DNA from: Centroscyllium fabricii
Taxonomy: Eukaryota
Direction: 5' to 3'
Assembly: GCA_051313645.2 (NCBI GenBank)
Contig: JBNRSN020000006.1
Coordinates: 48,794,001 to 48,858,000 of the forward strand
Length of the DNA stretch: 64,000 nucleotides
Positions 9,801 to 22,191 of the stretch are shown here, piece after piece (position 1 is the first letter of the stretch; every line of letters begins with the position of its first letter). Below the pieces are notes generated by a model. That model ran no database searches. It was not told the origin of the DNA and saw only the letters and a program-made list of their open reading frames with translations. Made by a program: the position numbers and the translations under genes.

Positions 9801-12800
9801 ACCCTTGTGCGTGGTAATGGTGAGCAATTTACGCGAGTCTTTGTGGACATGCATTTGTAAATAGGCTTGACATAGGTCTATTTTACTGAACTTTTGTCCC
9901 CCACTGAGTCCAGCGAATAGATCATCGATGTGGGTAAGCGGGTACTGTTCCGCACATAACACTGGGTTAAGTGTTACCTTGAAATCCCCACAGGTTCGGA
10001 TGCCTCCATCTTTTTTTGGTACTGGAACTATAGGTGTAGCCCAATCACTAATAGTGACCGGTTCCAATACTCCATTTTCCACGAGAGCATCTAGATCAGC
10101 TTCTACTTTCGGTTTGATAGCGTATGGTACCGACCTGGCCTTCATGAACACCGGCCTGCTATCCGGCTTAACATGTAATTTCACTGTTATGCCCTTCATG
10201 CTCCCCAGTTCATCTCTAAAAATTTCGTTGTTTTTCTCCAAAATGGCTTGCAGCTCTGAGGAGTGTTTTGATACCATGTGTATTGCCTGTCCAGCTTTAT
10301 TTTTTTCAGCCACGTGCGCCCCATAATGGCAGGGTAGTTCCCTTGCATCACGTATAGTGGAAGTTTTTCGGTTCTGCCGCCATACTGAACTATGACATCA
10401 GTCATCCCCTTCATGGGTACCGATTGCCCCGTAAATGTTTTGAAAACCGTATCAGAGGGTCGCAGCTTTAGGTGCCTCAAGGAGTTGTAAAAGACCTTGG
10501 TCGAAATAATTGAGGCCCGTGACCCAGTATCAATCTGCATTCTAACTGCGTGTCCCTCTAGCTTGGGTGAAACCCAGTATCCATCTGAACCCTCATCTAT
10601 GTTCTGTATTCTAAGGGTGTTTACCAGCAGTTCCTCCCCGGAGGAGTCACTGGACTTGTTCTCTTGTTTCATTGTATGAACGTATTTCTTCGTCCTAGCC
10701 CCGTACTTCGATGGGGTGCCCGTGCTTTTCTTACTGCGACATGCCCGTTCTATGTGGCCCTTTTTCCCGCAGCTGCGGCATTCCAAATCCCTGCACCAAC
10801 AAGAAGGTGCCAGGTGTCCCTTTTGTCCACAACGGAAGCACTGACCTTGACTGCTCGGTCCTTGGCCACTTAGCTTACCACCGTCAACCTTATATACACG
10901 ACTTGTCGTCGCCTGCAGCTGCTGAGCTTCCTTCGAAGCCATTTCCATGCTCACTGCAATATTCAGGGCTTGCTCCCATGTTAACTCCTTCTCTGTTAAT
11001 AATTTCTTCTGAGCGGCTTCGTTGCTTAAGCCACATACTAGCCGGTCTCTCAGTGTATCGTTCAGCGATTGCCCAAAATTGCAATGCTCTGCGAGCTTCC
11101 GCAACGCTGCTGCAAACTTTGTAACCGCCTCTCCGTCTCCTTGGCTGCGTCTATGAAAGCGAAACCGTTCCGCGATGACCAAGGGTTTGGGTGCAAAATG
11201 GTTGGCCAGTGTCTCTACGATTAATCCATAGGTTTGGGTTCCCGGTTTGTCTGGCTGCAGTAAATCACGCAGTAGATTATATGTTCTCGGGCCCATCATG
11301 CTCAAAAATGTGGCGGAAATTCTTTCTTCCTTGATGTCATTTGCTTTGACAAAACAGTCAAATCGCTCCGTATACCCAGACCACTGCTCTGATCCTTCAT
11401 CATAGGGCCCAATCGTTCCGTAGACTGCCGCCATTGTTCACCCTTTTCGCGCCCTTTTTTTTTCTCTTTAAAATATTTAACGGCTTCGCGTTCTTCCGCG
11501 CCCTTTTTCTTTAACGGCCTCGCGTTCTTCCGCGCCCCTTTTCTTTAACGGCCTCGCGTTCTGTTCACACCCTTTTTCTTTAACGGCCTCGCGTTCTGTT
11601 CGCGCCCTTTTTCTTTAACGGCCTCGCGTTCTGTTCGCGCTCTCTTTATGTAAACAAAACAAAACGGCTTCGCGTTCTTTTTTTTTTTAATGGCTCTCTC
11701 TCTTACCTCCTTTTTGAGGTACCTGGAGGTCGACTCCGTAGTCCGTTTTCTGGCACCGCCACGCCCGCTGTTTGGAGTGCTTCCAGCTCCTCCAACCTCC
11801 AGCGGTGGCAGGCCTCCTCCTCTGTTGGCTGTCCTCCAGCCCCGTTCAGCCTCCTGTGTGTGTCCGTCGACCGCGGTTTCTCCCGCCGGTCCCGGTTCCG
11901 TTTTTTTTCTTTCTCTGCAGCCGCCTCACCAATACCTGAATGTTGGACGTCCGATGTCCACTCCAGTACCGAGTGCGTCCTGCCGTTTTCTCTTTTAAAA
12001 ACGCCGAGTTCTTCTTTTTTTTTTTTATTACTTTTTTTTTCTTTTTAAAATTATTTTAACTTGTTGATGAGTCTGTTTGACTCATCAATAGTGGATCCTA
12101 TCCACCTCGTTGCCAGATGTTATATCTAATAATGATCACACACAGAGCCTTCATGAACGTCGACTAGTTTATTTAATGGCAGCCATTACACAGCCCTACA
12201 TGCTGTGGTTACCCAGCATCCTTTGGTGATGGAACATTCCAAGTATCACAGCCCTTAAGGGGAGTGCAGACTCTACCAATATATAACAGAAGGGAAATGG
12301 GTGACCATCAGAAAGAGCAGTAAGGTCAGGCAGGTAGAGCAGGAAACCCCTGTGGCCATCCCCCTCACGAACAAGTATACTGTTTTGGATACTGTTGGGG
12401 GGGATGACCTACCAGGGGAATGCAGCAGTAGCCAACCTCCGGGCACTGGGGTTGCTTCTGCTGTTCAGCTGGGGGGGAAAAGGCGTGAGAGAGCAATAGT
12501 GGTAGGGGACTCTATCGTAAGGGGAGCAGATAGGCGTTTCTGTGGCCGTAGACGTGACTCCAGGATGGTCTGTTGCCTCCCTGGTGCCAGGGTCAAGGAT
12601 GTCACGGAACAGCTGCAGGGCATCCTGAAGGGGGAGGGAAACCAGTCAGAGGTCGTTGTACACATAGGAATCAACGACATAGGTAAAAAGAGGGATGAGG
12701 TCCTGCAACAAGAATTCAGGGAGCTAGGCAGAAAATTAAAGTGCAGGACCTCAAAGGTTGTAATCTCTGGATTACTCCCTGTGCCACAATTTAGTGAGTA

Positions 12801-12999
12801 TAGGAATAGAAGGATAGAGCAGCTTAATACGTGGCTCAAGAGTTGGTGCAGGAGGGAGGGCTTTAGTTTCCTGGATAACTGGCCCTGTTTCTGGGAAAGG
12901 TGGGACTTGTATGGGGAGGACGGTCTCCACCTTAACCGGAGGGGGACCAATACCCTGGCGGGGAGGTTTGCTAGCATGGTTGGGGAGGGTTTAAACTAA
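6844..12999 (+). CDS. CR1 ORF1 (CxxC..CxxC zinc finger/leucine zipper + SGNH esterase), split into 6844-7088 and 12294-12999
   Basis: CSSCHMWE...CGKC, then IVVGDSIVR, CLPGA, VHIGIND, DGLHLN. Removing the Gypsy and one TSD copy restores an open frame of 316 aa. Confidence 0.9.
7456..10313 (-). pseudogene. Gypsy pol (RT, RNase H, integrase) with a stop at 9465-9467 and a frameshift near 9215
   Basis: RT YLDD, RNase H LACDASPYGVGAV, integrase HHCC (HLGH...CSSC), RVHVDFAGP, SDNGPQF, NGLAER. Confidence 0.9.
10196..11434 (-). CDS. Gypsy gag with two CCHC knuckles + aspartic protease
   Basis: LRDRLVCG, CFRCGQKGHLAPSC, CRSCGKKGHIERAC, protease IDTGS. Confidence 0.9.
   Translation of the reverse strand: MAAVYGTIGPYDEGSEQWSGYTERFDCFVKANDIKEERISATFLSMMGPRTYNLLRDLLQPDKPGTQTYGLIVETLANHFAPKPLVIAERFRFHRRSQGDGEAVTKFAAALRKLAEHCNFGQSLNDTLRDRLVCGLSNEAAQKKLLTEKELTWEQALNIAVSMEMASKEAQQLQATTSRVYKVDGGKLSGQGPSSQGQCFRCGQKGHLAPSCWCRDLECRSCGKKGHIERACRSKKSTGTPSKYGARTKKYVHTMKQENKSSDSSGEELLVNTLRIQNIDEGSDGYWVSPKLEGHAVRMQIDTGSRASIISTKVFYNSLRHLKLRPSDTVFKTFTGQSVPMKGMTDVIVQYGGRTEKLPLYVMQGNYPAIMGRTWLKKIKLDRQYTWYQNTPQSCKPFWRKTTKFLEMNWGA
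11477..11680. repeat. 34-35-bp tandem repeat in the Gypsy 5' leader, ~5.5 copies
   Basis: ttaacggcctcgcgttct... at 11477, 11511, 11545, 11580, 11615. Confidence 0.9.
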
Positions 13000-13211
13000 C
13001 TTGGCAGGGGGTTGGGATACGGAGTGGAACAAAAATAGGGGGTGGCGAAAAGGCTAATATAGAGGAAAAAACAAGTAAGGAGGCTGAAAAAAGGGAAACA
13101 AGAAAAAAAGATAAAGACAGAAAGGAGAAAAGCAAAAGTATAAGGCAGGGAGATCAAAGGGTAAAATCAAACAGGACCGCAGGTAATAAAAATGCACAAT
13201 GGTCGGGTAAA

Positions 13212-16034
13212 GTGAAAAAAACAAGCCTGAAAACCTTGTATCTTAATGCAAGAAGCATTCGGAACAAGGTAGATGAATTATCTGTAGAAATAGAGGCAAA
13301 CAAATATGATTTGGTTGCGATTACAGAAACATGGCTGCAGGGTGGACAAGGCTGGGAACTTAACATACCAGGGTATACAATATTTAGGAAGGATAGGCAA
13401 AAAAGAAAGGGAGGTGGGGTGGCATTACTGGTGAGGGAGGGGATTAACTCAATTGAAAGGACTAATATTAACTCAGATGATGCAGAATCTGTATGGGTAG
13501 AACTGAGGAATAGCAAGGGGCGAAAAATGTTGCTGGGAGTGGTATATAGACCGCCAAATAGTAATATGGAGGTTGGGGAAGGCATAAAAAGGGAAATTAA
13601 AGAAGCGTGCAATAAGGGCACAGCTGTCATCATGGGTGACTTTAATTTACATATAGATTGGACTAGCCAGATTAGTAACAACACGATGGAGGAGGAATTT
13701 CTGGAGTGTATACGAGATGGTTTCCTGGACCAATATGTCGAGGAACCAACTCGGGATCAGGCCATCTTAGACTGGGTACTGTGCAATGAGAAGGGATTGA
13801 TTGGCAATCTTGTTGTACGAGGCCCATTGGGGCGGAGCGATCATAATATGATCGAATTCTCACTCAGAATGGAGAGGGAAGAAATTGACTCGGAGACTAA
13901 GGTCCTAAATTTAAGAAAAGGAAACTATGATGGTATGAGATGAGAGTTGGGTACAATTGATTGGGGGGTGTCGCTCAGGGGGCTGACAGTGGATCAACAA
14001 TGGCAGGCATTCAAAGATCGAATGGAAGAAGCGCAGAGCTTGTTTATACCAGTTTGGAATAAAAATAAACCAAAAAAGGTGACTCAACCGTGGATAACAA
14101 GGGAAATTAGGGATAACATAAAAACCAAAGAAAGGGCGTATCAACTGGCCAAAAAAAGCAGCAAACCTGAAGATTGGGAACAATTCAAGATACAGCAAAG
14201 GAGGACAAAGGGATTAATTAAGAAGGGGAAAATAGATTACGAAAGAAGGCTTGCGGCAAACATAAAAACTGACTGCAAAACCTTTTACAGATACATTAAA
14301 AGGAAGAGACTGGTGAAATCCAGAGTCGGGCCCCTGCAGTCCGAATCAGGAGATTATATAATGGGGAACAAGGAAATGGCGGACCAATTAAATTCATATT
14401 TTGGTTCTGTCTTCATGGAGGAGGACACAAATAGCCTCCCGGAGATGTCGGGAAACATAGGGACTAATGAGAGGGAGGAACTGAAAGAAATCAATATCTC
14501 TAAGGATATGGTGTCCGGGAAATTGAAAGGATTAAAGGCCGACAAATCCCAAGGGCCTGATAATCTGCATCCTAGGGTGCTGAAGGAAGTGGGCCTGGAG
14601 ATATCAGATGCTTTGAGGATCATTTTCCAGAACTCAATAGACTCTGGAATGGTGCCCAGGGATTGGAGGGTAGCTAATGTTACCCCACTATTCAAAAAGG
14701 GGGGTAGAGAGAAGGCGGGGAACTATAGACCGGTAAGCCTTACATCGGTTGTGGGCAAAATGCTAGAGTCCATTATTAAGGACGTAATAGCAGATCACTT
14801 GACTAAGAGTGATGGGATCGGACACAGTCAACATGGATTTACAAAAGGTAAATCGTGCTTGACTAATCTATTGGAATTCTTCGAGGATGTAACCGATAAA
14901 ATAGATAGGGGAGAGCCAGTAGATGTGGTTTATCTGGACTTCCAGAAAGCCTTTGACAAGGTCCCTCATAGGAGATTGGCAGGCAAAATTAAGGCTCATG
15001 GGATTGGGGGCAAGGTATTGGTGTGGATAGAGAACTGGTTGGCAGATAGAAAACAGAGAGTTGGGATAAACGGGTCGTTTTTGATTGGCGGGCAGTGACT
15101 AGTGGGGTACCACAGGGGTCGGTACTGGGACCCCAGCTGTTCACAATATATATTAATGACCTGGATGAGGGAATTGGATGTAACATCTCCAAATTCGCAG
15201 ATGACACTAAGCTTGGAGGGGGAGTATGCTCTGAGGAGGATGTCGGGAAGCTCCAGAGCGACCTGGACAGATTGGGGGATTGGGCGAACACATGGCAAAT
15301 GTACTATAATGTGGATAAATGTGAGGTTATCCACTTTGGTAGCAAAAACAGAAAGGCAGAGTATTATTTGAACGGCAATAGATTGGGAGATGGGGAAGTG
15401 CAAAGAGATCTGGGTGTTCTTGTGCACCAGTCACTGAAGGTGAGCATGCAGGTGCAGCAGGCGGTCAAAAAGGCAAATGGTATGTTGGCCTTTATATCAA
15501 GAGGGTTTGAGTATAGGAATAGGGATGTCTTGCTGCAGCTGTACAGGGTCTTGGTGAGGCCACACCTTGAGTATTGTGTGCAGTTTTGGTCGCCGCATCT
15601 GAGGAAGGATGTTCTTGCCATGGAGGGAGTACAGCGACGATTCACCAGGCTGATACCTGGGATGGCAGGAATGACTTATGAGGAGAGATTGTGTAGTCTG
15701 GGCTTATACTCGCTGGAGTTTAGAAGATTAAGAGGGGAATCTCATCGAGACTTATAAAATTCTGTCAGGCTTGGACAGGTTAGATGCAGAAAGGATGTTT
15801 CCGATGGCCGGGGAGTCGAGAACCAGGGGGCATAGTCTAAGGATAAGGGGTAAGCCTTGTAGGACTGAGATGAGGAGGAAATTCTTCACACAGAGAGTGG
15901 TGAACCTGTGGAATTCCTTGCCACAGAGGGCGGTGGAGGCCGGTTCATTGAATATATTCAAGAGGGAACTGGATATATTTCTTCAGGCTAAAGGGATTAA
16001 GGGATATGGGGAGAAGGCAGGGACTGGGTACTGA
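13212..16034 (+). pseudogene. CR1 ORF2 (APE endonuclease + reverse transcriptase); stop at 13941-13943, frameshifts near 15080 and 15740
   Basis: [53 protein letters not shown]. Confidence 0.92.
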
Positions 16035-16764
16035 ACGTGTAAGATCAGCCATGATCTCATTGAATGGCAGAGCAGGCTCGAAGGGCCGAATGGCCTACTC
16101 CTGCTCCTATCTTCTATGATTCTATGAACCGTCCGGTCCCGAGGTTTTCAGATGAAGGATTGTGTACCTGTATTGAATCTGCTTCCACCATCCTTTCAGG
16201 CAGTGCATTCCAGAGCACAACAACTCGCTGTGTAATTTTTTTTTAATCCTCATGTCACTTCTGCTTCTTTTGCGCTGTGTCCTCTGATTACTGACCTTTC
16301 TGCCACTGGAAACAGTTCCTCCTTATTTACTCCTGCACCCCCTTTACATTGTACCATTTAGTTCATATTGCCTCTCCTCATTCTTCCGGCCAAAATGAAT
16401 CACTTCACACTGCTCTGTGTTAAATTTCATCTGCCATGTGTTTGCACATTTTACCATTCTCTGTATATATGTCCCCCTGAACTCTGTTACTATCGTCCTC
16501 ATTGTTTACTACATTTCTGAGTTTCGTGTCATCTGCAAACTTTGAAATTATGCCCTGTACACGCAAGTTTCGGTCATTAATATATATCAGAAAGAACAAT
16601 GGGCCTAATACTGACCCCTGGGGAACACCACTATGTACCTCCCTCCAGTCTTAATAACAGCTGTTCAGCACTACTCTCTGCTTGCTGTCTCTTAGCCAGT
16701 TTTGTGTCCATGCTGCCACTCTCCCTTTAATCCCATGGGCTTTCATTTTGCGAACAAATCTATT

Positions 16765-17706
16765 GGGCCCTGTCTTCCTGTGCTCCAGAAGAGCTGCCCC
16801 CCCACGAAAATGCTTCGTGGGGAGGCAGCTCAGGTGCTTACCAGAAACGTGAACTTCCTGTGCTGATGGGCAAGGGGCTTCAGCTTCCTCCCCACGAAGC
16901 ACTTTGAGCTGCAGACTTCCTGTACTCTGATGCTCAAAATTCAGGTGTACAACGTGGGGAAGCCTCCATTTTTCTGCCCACGTAAATACCAGTCTTAAGA
17001 GAGTGCAGGCAGGTTTGAGAAGTGAAAAAAACAGGTTTAAAGTTTTTTAAAAAATTATTCCTTTGGAGATATTTGTTTGTGGTCTTACAGCTTGTAAATC
17101 TGATGGTTTTTATATTTTTTTGTGAAAGTTTAAAAAATCGGGAATTTGAACAGCTCAAATTCCCGATTTTTTAAACTTTCACAAAAAAATATATAAACCA
17201 GCAGATTTACAAGCTGTAAGACCACAAACATGAAGCTTTATATATTTTTGGGTGATAGTTAAAAAATCGGCGATTTCTACGCGATTCCAGCTGAGAGCTG
17301 AGCTGTTTCAGCTGAGAGCTGCCAGGGGTTGAAATCGCCGATTTTTGACCTATCACAAAAAATATAAAAACCATCAGCTTTACAAGCTGTAAGACCAGCT
17401 TCCTACAAACTGAAAAAAAACAAAGAAAAACTTCTTCCTTACCTGTTCTTTTCTTTAGTTGAACACTTGATTTTCTTTGATCTGTGCGTTCTGTGGGGGC
17501 GTGGTCTCAAAAAGCCGACCTCAGGGGGCGTGTCCTGCACCCGACCAACGCACAAAGCACTACGCACCAAAAAAAAACAGACCCCTGCCCACGAAAAAAA
17601 ATCGACATTTCACACAGGAAGTCCAGCAGATAAAAAAATAAAAAATCTCGGACGGGTGCAAATCTGCACGCACCCGCAGCAATCAGGCCACAGGAAGACA
17701 GGGCCC
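16765..17706. mobile_element. Harbinger-type MITE with long internal palindromes
   Basis: Perfect 18-bp TIR GGGCCCTGTCTTCCTGTG, flanks ATT/AAT, inserted in an old CR1. Confidence 0.85.
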
Positions 17707-17717
17707 AATATGTGGTA

Positions 17718-18051
17718 CAGGTTGTGCACCATTAATCCGGCACCCTCGGGACCAGGCCAGTGCCGGACTACTGAAAATGCCGAACCACTGAAGGTTTGGG
17801 AAGCGCATGCGCAGACCAGTCAAAATGGCTGCTGCGTATGCGCAGACCAGTCAAAGAGTGGGGGAATGGGATTCGCGGTCCTGGGACTCTCCGGTGCTGC
17901 CAGGGAGAGGCCCGTGCATCGCGGGGTGCTGCCGGGGAGAGGCCCGCGCATCGCAAGCGTCCCTGGGATCACATGGGCCGGCCAGCGGGATTCGAGCTGG
18001 ATCACTGAAGGTGCCGAATTATCGGGTGCCGGATTAACGGTGCACAACCTG
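17718..18051. mobile_element. Tigger-type MITE (334 bp)
   Basis: TIR CAGGTTGTGCACC(A/G)TTAATCCGGCACCC matching 27/28, TA TSD at 17716-17 and 18052-53. Confidence 0.9.
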
Positions 18052-18825
18052 TACTTTGTCAAACACCTTTTGAAAGTCCATATACACAACATCAATCGCA
18101 CTATCCTCATCAACCCTCTCCGTTACTTCATCAAATGACTGAATCAAATTAGTCAAACATGATTTGCCTTTAACAAATCCATGCTGATTTTTGTTTATTA
18201 GCCCATAATTAAACGTAAGGTAAAAAATAAAAACTCACCAAATACGTGCTGCGTATTGGTGAAAAAGGTTGGTGCCTCTCTTTCATGCGTCAAATGCACC
18301 ACCAAAGCAATTTGAAATGACACAAATGCATTTAAATTTGGGGCTGAGTCCGTACATTGTCACAAATGTCTTAAAACAGATTGGCTGCTTGAATAATGAA
18401 TGGCTGCTTCATCAACAGGAGATTACTGAGCTTTGACAGCTCAACGTTGACTGGCTGAAAGCAAGAATCGGGGGAGCAGCTGCAGTGTTTCCATTCCTGA
18501 ATCGGATGGAGATGGATCAATTAATATTTGTCCTGATTTATTTATGTCCCGTTCCAATCCATTCAGACTTCGGATTGGCATGGCTATCCACTCCTGCTGA
18601 GTGCACTGCCACGGTTTTTAGGACATCAAATCTGAAGCTGTCTATACAACTGATTATGAAACATTTATACTACCTTTACTTGGGCAATTTGCCATGACGT
18701 GCACCCACGATGCACCTCCCCTCCCCCGCCACCCGACCGCTGCCGCCACCACCACTGAGGACAGCATGGCCTAGAAATTCGATGGTGCCATGCCAATTTT
18801 TCGGGCGCTCAACGGGCAGCATAGG

Positions 18826-21155
18826 CATCCATGAGGCACTGTGGGCCATTAGCAGCAATAGAATTGTGTTCCACCACAATCTGTAACCTCATGGTCCGGC
18901 ATATCCCTCACTCTACCATTACCACCAAGCCAGGGGACAAACCCTGGTTTAATAAGGAGTGCAGAAGAGCATGCCAGGAGCAGCACCAGGCATACTTAAA
19001 AATGAGTTACTAACCTGGGGAAGCTGCAACACAGGACTACATGCATACTAAAAATCAGAAGCAGCATGCTATAGACAGAGCTATGCGATCCCACAATCAA
19101 CGGATCAGATCAAAGCTCTGCAGTCCTGCCACATCCAGTCGTGAATGGTGGTGGACAATTAAACAACTAATGGGAGGAGGAGGCTCCATGAATATCCCCA
19201 TCCTCAATGATGGTGGAGCCCAGCACATGAGTGCAAAAGACAAGGCTGAAGCATTTGCAACCATCTTCAACCAGAAGTGCCGAGTGGATGATCCATCTCG
19301 GCCTACTCCTGAGGTCAGCACCATCACAGAAGCCAGTCTTCAGCCAATTCGGTTCACTCACGTGATATCAAGAAACAGCTGAGCGCATTGGATACAGCAA
19401 AGGCTATGGGCCCCAAAAACATCCCGGCTATCGTGCTGAAGACTTGTGCTCCAGAACTAGCCACGCCTCTAGCCAAGCTGTTCCAGTACAGCTACAACAC
19501 TGGCACCTATCCGACAATGTGGAAAACTGCCCGGGTATGTCCTGTCCACAAAAAGCAGGACAAATCCAACCCGGCCAATTTCCACCCCATCAGTCTAATC
19601 TGTGATGGAAGGTGTCATCAACAGTGCTATCAAACGGCACTTACTCACCAAAAACCTGCTCACTGATGTCCAGTTTGGATTCCGCCCAGACCACTCGGCT
19701 CCTGACCTTATTACAACCTTCATCCAAACATGGATGTGGTAACCGTGTATAACCACTGTACATAGGTGCTGGTCTACCTGTATAATATTGTAGGCCAGGT
19801 CAGCCACACCCCTAACTCCTCCCCTCAGGTCGGAGTATATAGGTGAGTGCTGCCCTGCCCCCGCTCATTCTTCACCTTGACCTTATCAGGAGACCAGCTC
19901 CATTCTTAGTTAATGAAAGCCTGTAGTTTAGATAACTACTCGTCTTTGTATGATTAATTGACGACACGTCAATGGACAAAGGAGCTGAATTCCAGCGGTG
20001 AGGCGAGAGTGACTGCCTTGGACATCAGGGTAGCATTTGACCGAGTGTGGCATGAAGGAGCCCTAGTAAAACTGAAGTCAATGGGAATTGTGGAAAATGC
20101 TCCACTGGCTGGAGTCATACCTAGCACAAAGGAAGGTGGTTGTGGTGATTGGTCAATCATTACAGCCCCAGGACAGAATTTCCTCAGGGCAGTGTTCTAG
20201 GCCCAACCATCTTCAGCTGTTTCATCACTGACCTTCCCTTCAACATAAGGTCAGAAATGGGGATGTTCGCTAATGACTGCACAGTGTTCAGCGCCATTCA
20301 CAACTCCTCAGATAATGAAGCAGTCCATGCCCGCATTCAACAAGACCTGGATGACATTCAGGCTTGGGCTGAGAAGTGGCAAGTAACATTTCGCCACAGA
20401 AGTGCCAGGCAATGACTATCTCCAACAAGCAAGAGTCTAACCATCTCCCCTTGACATTCAATGGCATTACCATCACCGAATCCCCCACCATCAACATCCT
20501 GGTGGTCACCATTGACCAGAAATTTAACTGGGCCAGCTACATAAACACTGTGGCAACAAGAGCAGGTCAGAGGCTAGGTATTCTGCGGTGACTGTCTCAC
20601 CTCCTGACTCACCAAAGCCTTTCCACCATCTACAAGTAAGGAGTATGATGGAATACTCTCCACTTGCCTGGATGAGTGCAGCTGCAACAACACTCAAGAA
20701 GCATGACCCGATCCAGGACAAAGCAACCCATTTCATTGGCACCTCATCCACCACCTTAAATATTGACTCCCTCCACCACCGGCGTACCGTGGCTGCAGTG
20801 TGTACCATCTACAAGATGCACTGCAGCAACTCGCCAAGGCTTCTTTGGCAGCACCTCCCAAACCTGTAACCTCTCCCACCTAGAAGGACAAGGGCAGCAG
20901 GTGCATGGGAGCACCACCACCTCCAAGTTCCCCTCCAAATCACACACCATCTTGACTTAGAAGTGTATTGCCGATCCATCATCGTCACTGGGTCAAAATC
21001 CTGGAACTCCCTCTCTGACAGCACTGTAGGAGTACCTTCACCACACGGACTGCAGCGGTTCAAGGCGGCGGCTAACCACCACCTTCGCAAAGGCAACTAG
21101 GGATGGGCAATAAATGCTGGCCTTGCCAGCGATGCCCACATCCCATAAGCGAATC
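18826..21155 (+). mobile_element. Degenerate 5'-truncated CR1-group LINE (second family)
   Basis: Fragmented RT: [48 protein letters not shown]. 3' end gggcaataaatgctggccttgccagcgatgcccacatccca. Confidence 0.85.
19735..19971 (+). mobile_element. Solo LTR of the TGTGGT..TCA Gypsy family
   Basis: TG..CA ends, TSD ATGGA (19730-34, 19972-76). Shares gccaggtcagccacacc..aactcctcccc with the LTR at 44862. Confidence 0.9.
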
Positions 21156-22191
21156 AAAAAATAGCTGAGCCTCCAATATGGCAGGCAGGAAGCGCGTACT
21201 AATTACGAGCTGGAAGTGCACCGCTCGCCATATTGGTATAGGCAAAAAATTAGTCGTCCATGGCCTGTGCTGAAACAGGATTCGGCCCATTGCACGTCCA
21301 AATAAGGGGCCTGATATCTAGTTGAGGCCCCCTGTACAGAATTCGGTTGCCCTGAACATGGGGCACCGGGCTGGCTGTGTTCAGGAAAACGTGGTCTACA
21401 TGCAACCTAACCAGCGGGCCTTAAAGGGACCGCATGAGGCTGCCCAAAAAGGGCAGTTTGTTAAAAATACTTGAAAATGGAGCTAGGAGGTGCAACTGTG
21501 CTCCTACCAACCCCACATTAAAACCACAGGCCACTGCCAGCTCTGGCCCTCCCTCACCTCGTCGACGCCCACCCCCCTGACCCAATGTCACAATTGAGTC
21601 TTTTCCAGTGGCCCGTCCTCCCGGTCGCATCCCCTTCCCCTTCAACGATCTATCGCTGCTCGTGACTCAGTTGCCTGAAATTCAAAACTTCTGCACCGGT
21701 GAGCTGCCTGGAGACAGCCAGCAGGTGTCCGCAGCTCGCCTGTTTCATTTTGGGTGGGCCTCGCGCCTACTCGTCCAGGCACAGGGATTGTTCCCTGTGA
21801 CTGATTCACAAATTTCTAGGCTCAAATATGAGGCAAACTCTTCAAATATCATAAGCCCACTTTTATCAACAGTAATAAAACGCTGCTTGTGAGGATGATA
21901 CACAGAGCTTATTTGTGCAGTCTTTTATGAGCAACATGATGTGAAACTAGCAGTAACAGGATATCGCTATGTGGCACACCCAAATGACATGGTACTGGTG
22001 GGCATTGCTTACTTATGCAAATTCTGGCATTACAAGTGTACATTGAGACTCCAGAAGGCCAATATTGGGACTGGTGGCACATGGAACGAAAACAAGAACT
22101 TGCATTTATATACCACCTTTCACATCCTCAGGACGTCCCACAGTGCTTCGCCGTTAATAGCATTCTTTTGAAGTGTAGTCACTGTTGTAAT

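Larger units (their letters stand above)
7089..12288 (-). mobile_element. Ty3/Gypsy LTR retrotransposon (Mag-like), near full length
   Basis: 171-bp TG..CA LTRs at 7089-7259 and 12118-12288 (1 difference seen), TSD GAAGG, PBS TGGCAACGAGG (tRNA-Ser(GCU)-like) ending at 12115, PPT at 7260-7273. Confidence 0.95.
6016..16127 (+). mobile_element. Full-length CR1 LINE (5' UTR, ORF1, ORF2, 3' UTR) interrupted by a Gypsy element
   Basis: ORF1 has a Zn-finger/leucine zipper plus SGNH esterase, ORF2 has APE plus RT, tail ttctatgattctatg. The 5' boundary is inferred from the MITE junction. Confidence 0.85.
5368..16170. mobile_element. Tigger/pogo-type (Tc1/mariner) MITE of ~0.7 kb, split by a full-length CR1 (MITE parts 5368-~6015 and ~16128-16170)
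   Basis: TIR CAGGTACACAATCC at both ends, TA TSD at 5366-67 and 16171-72, Tigger-like subterminal ccgaaaaccgaaat motifs. Confidence 0.8.
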
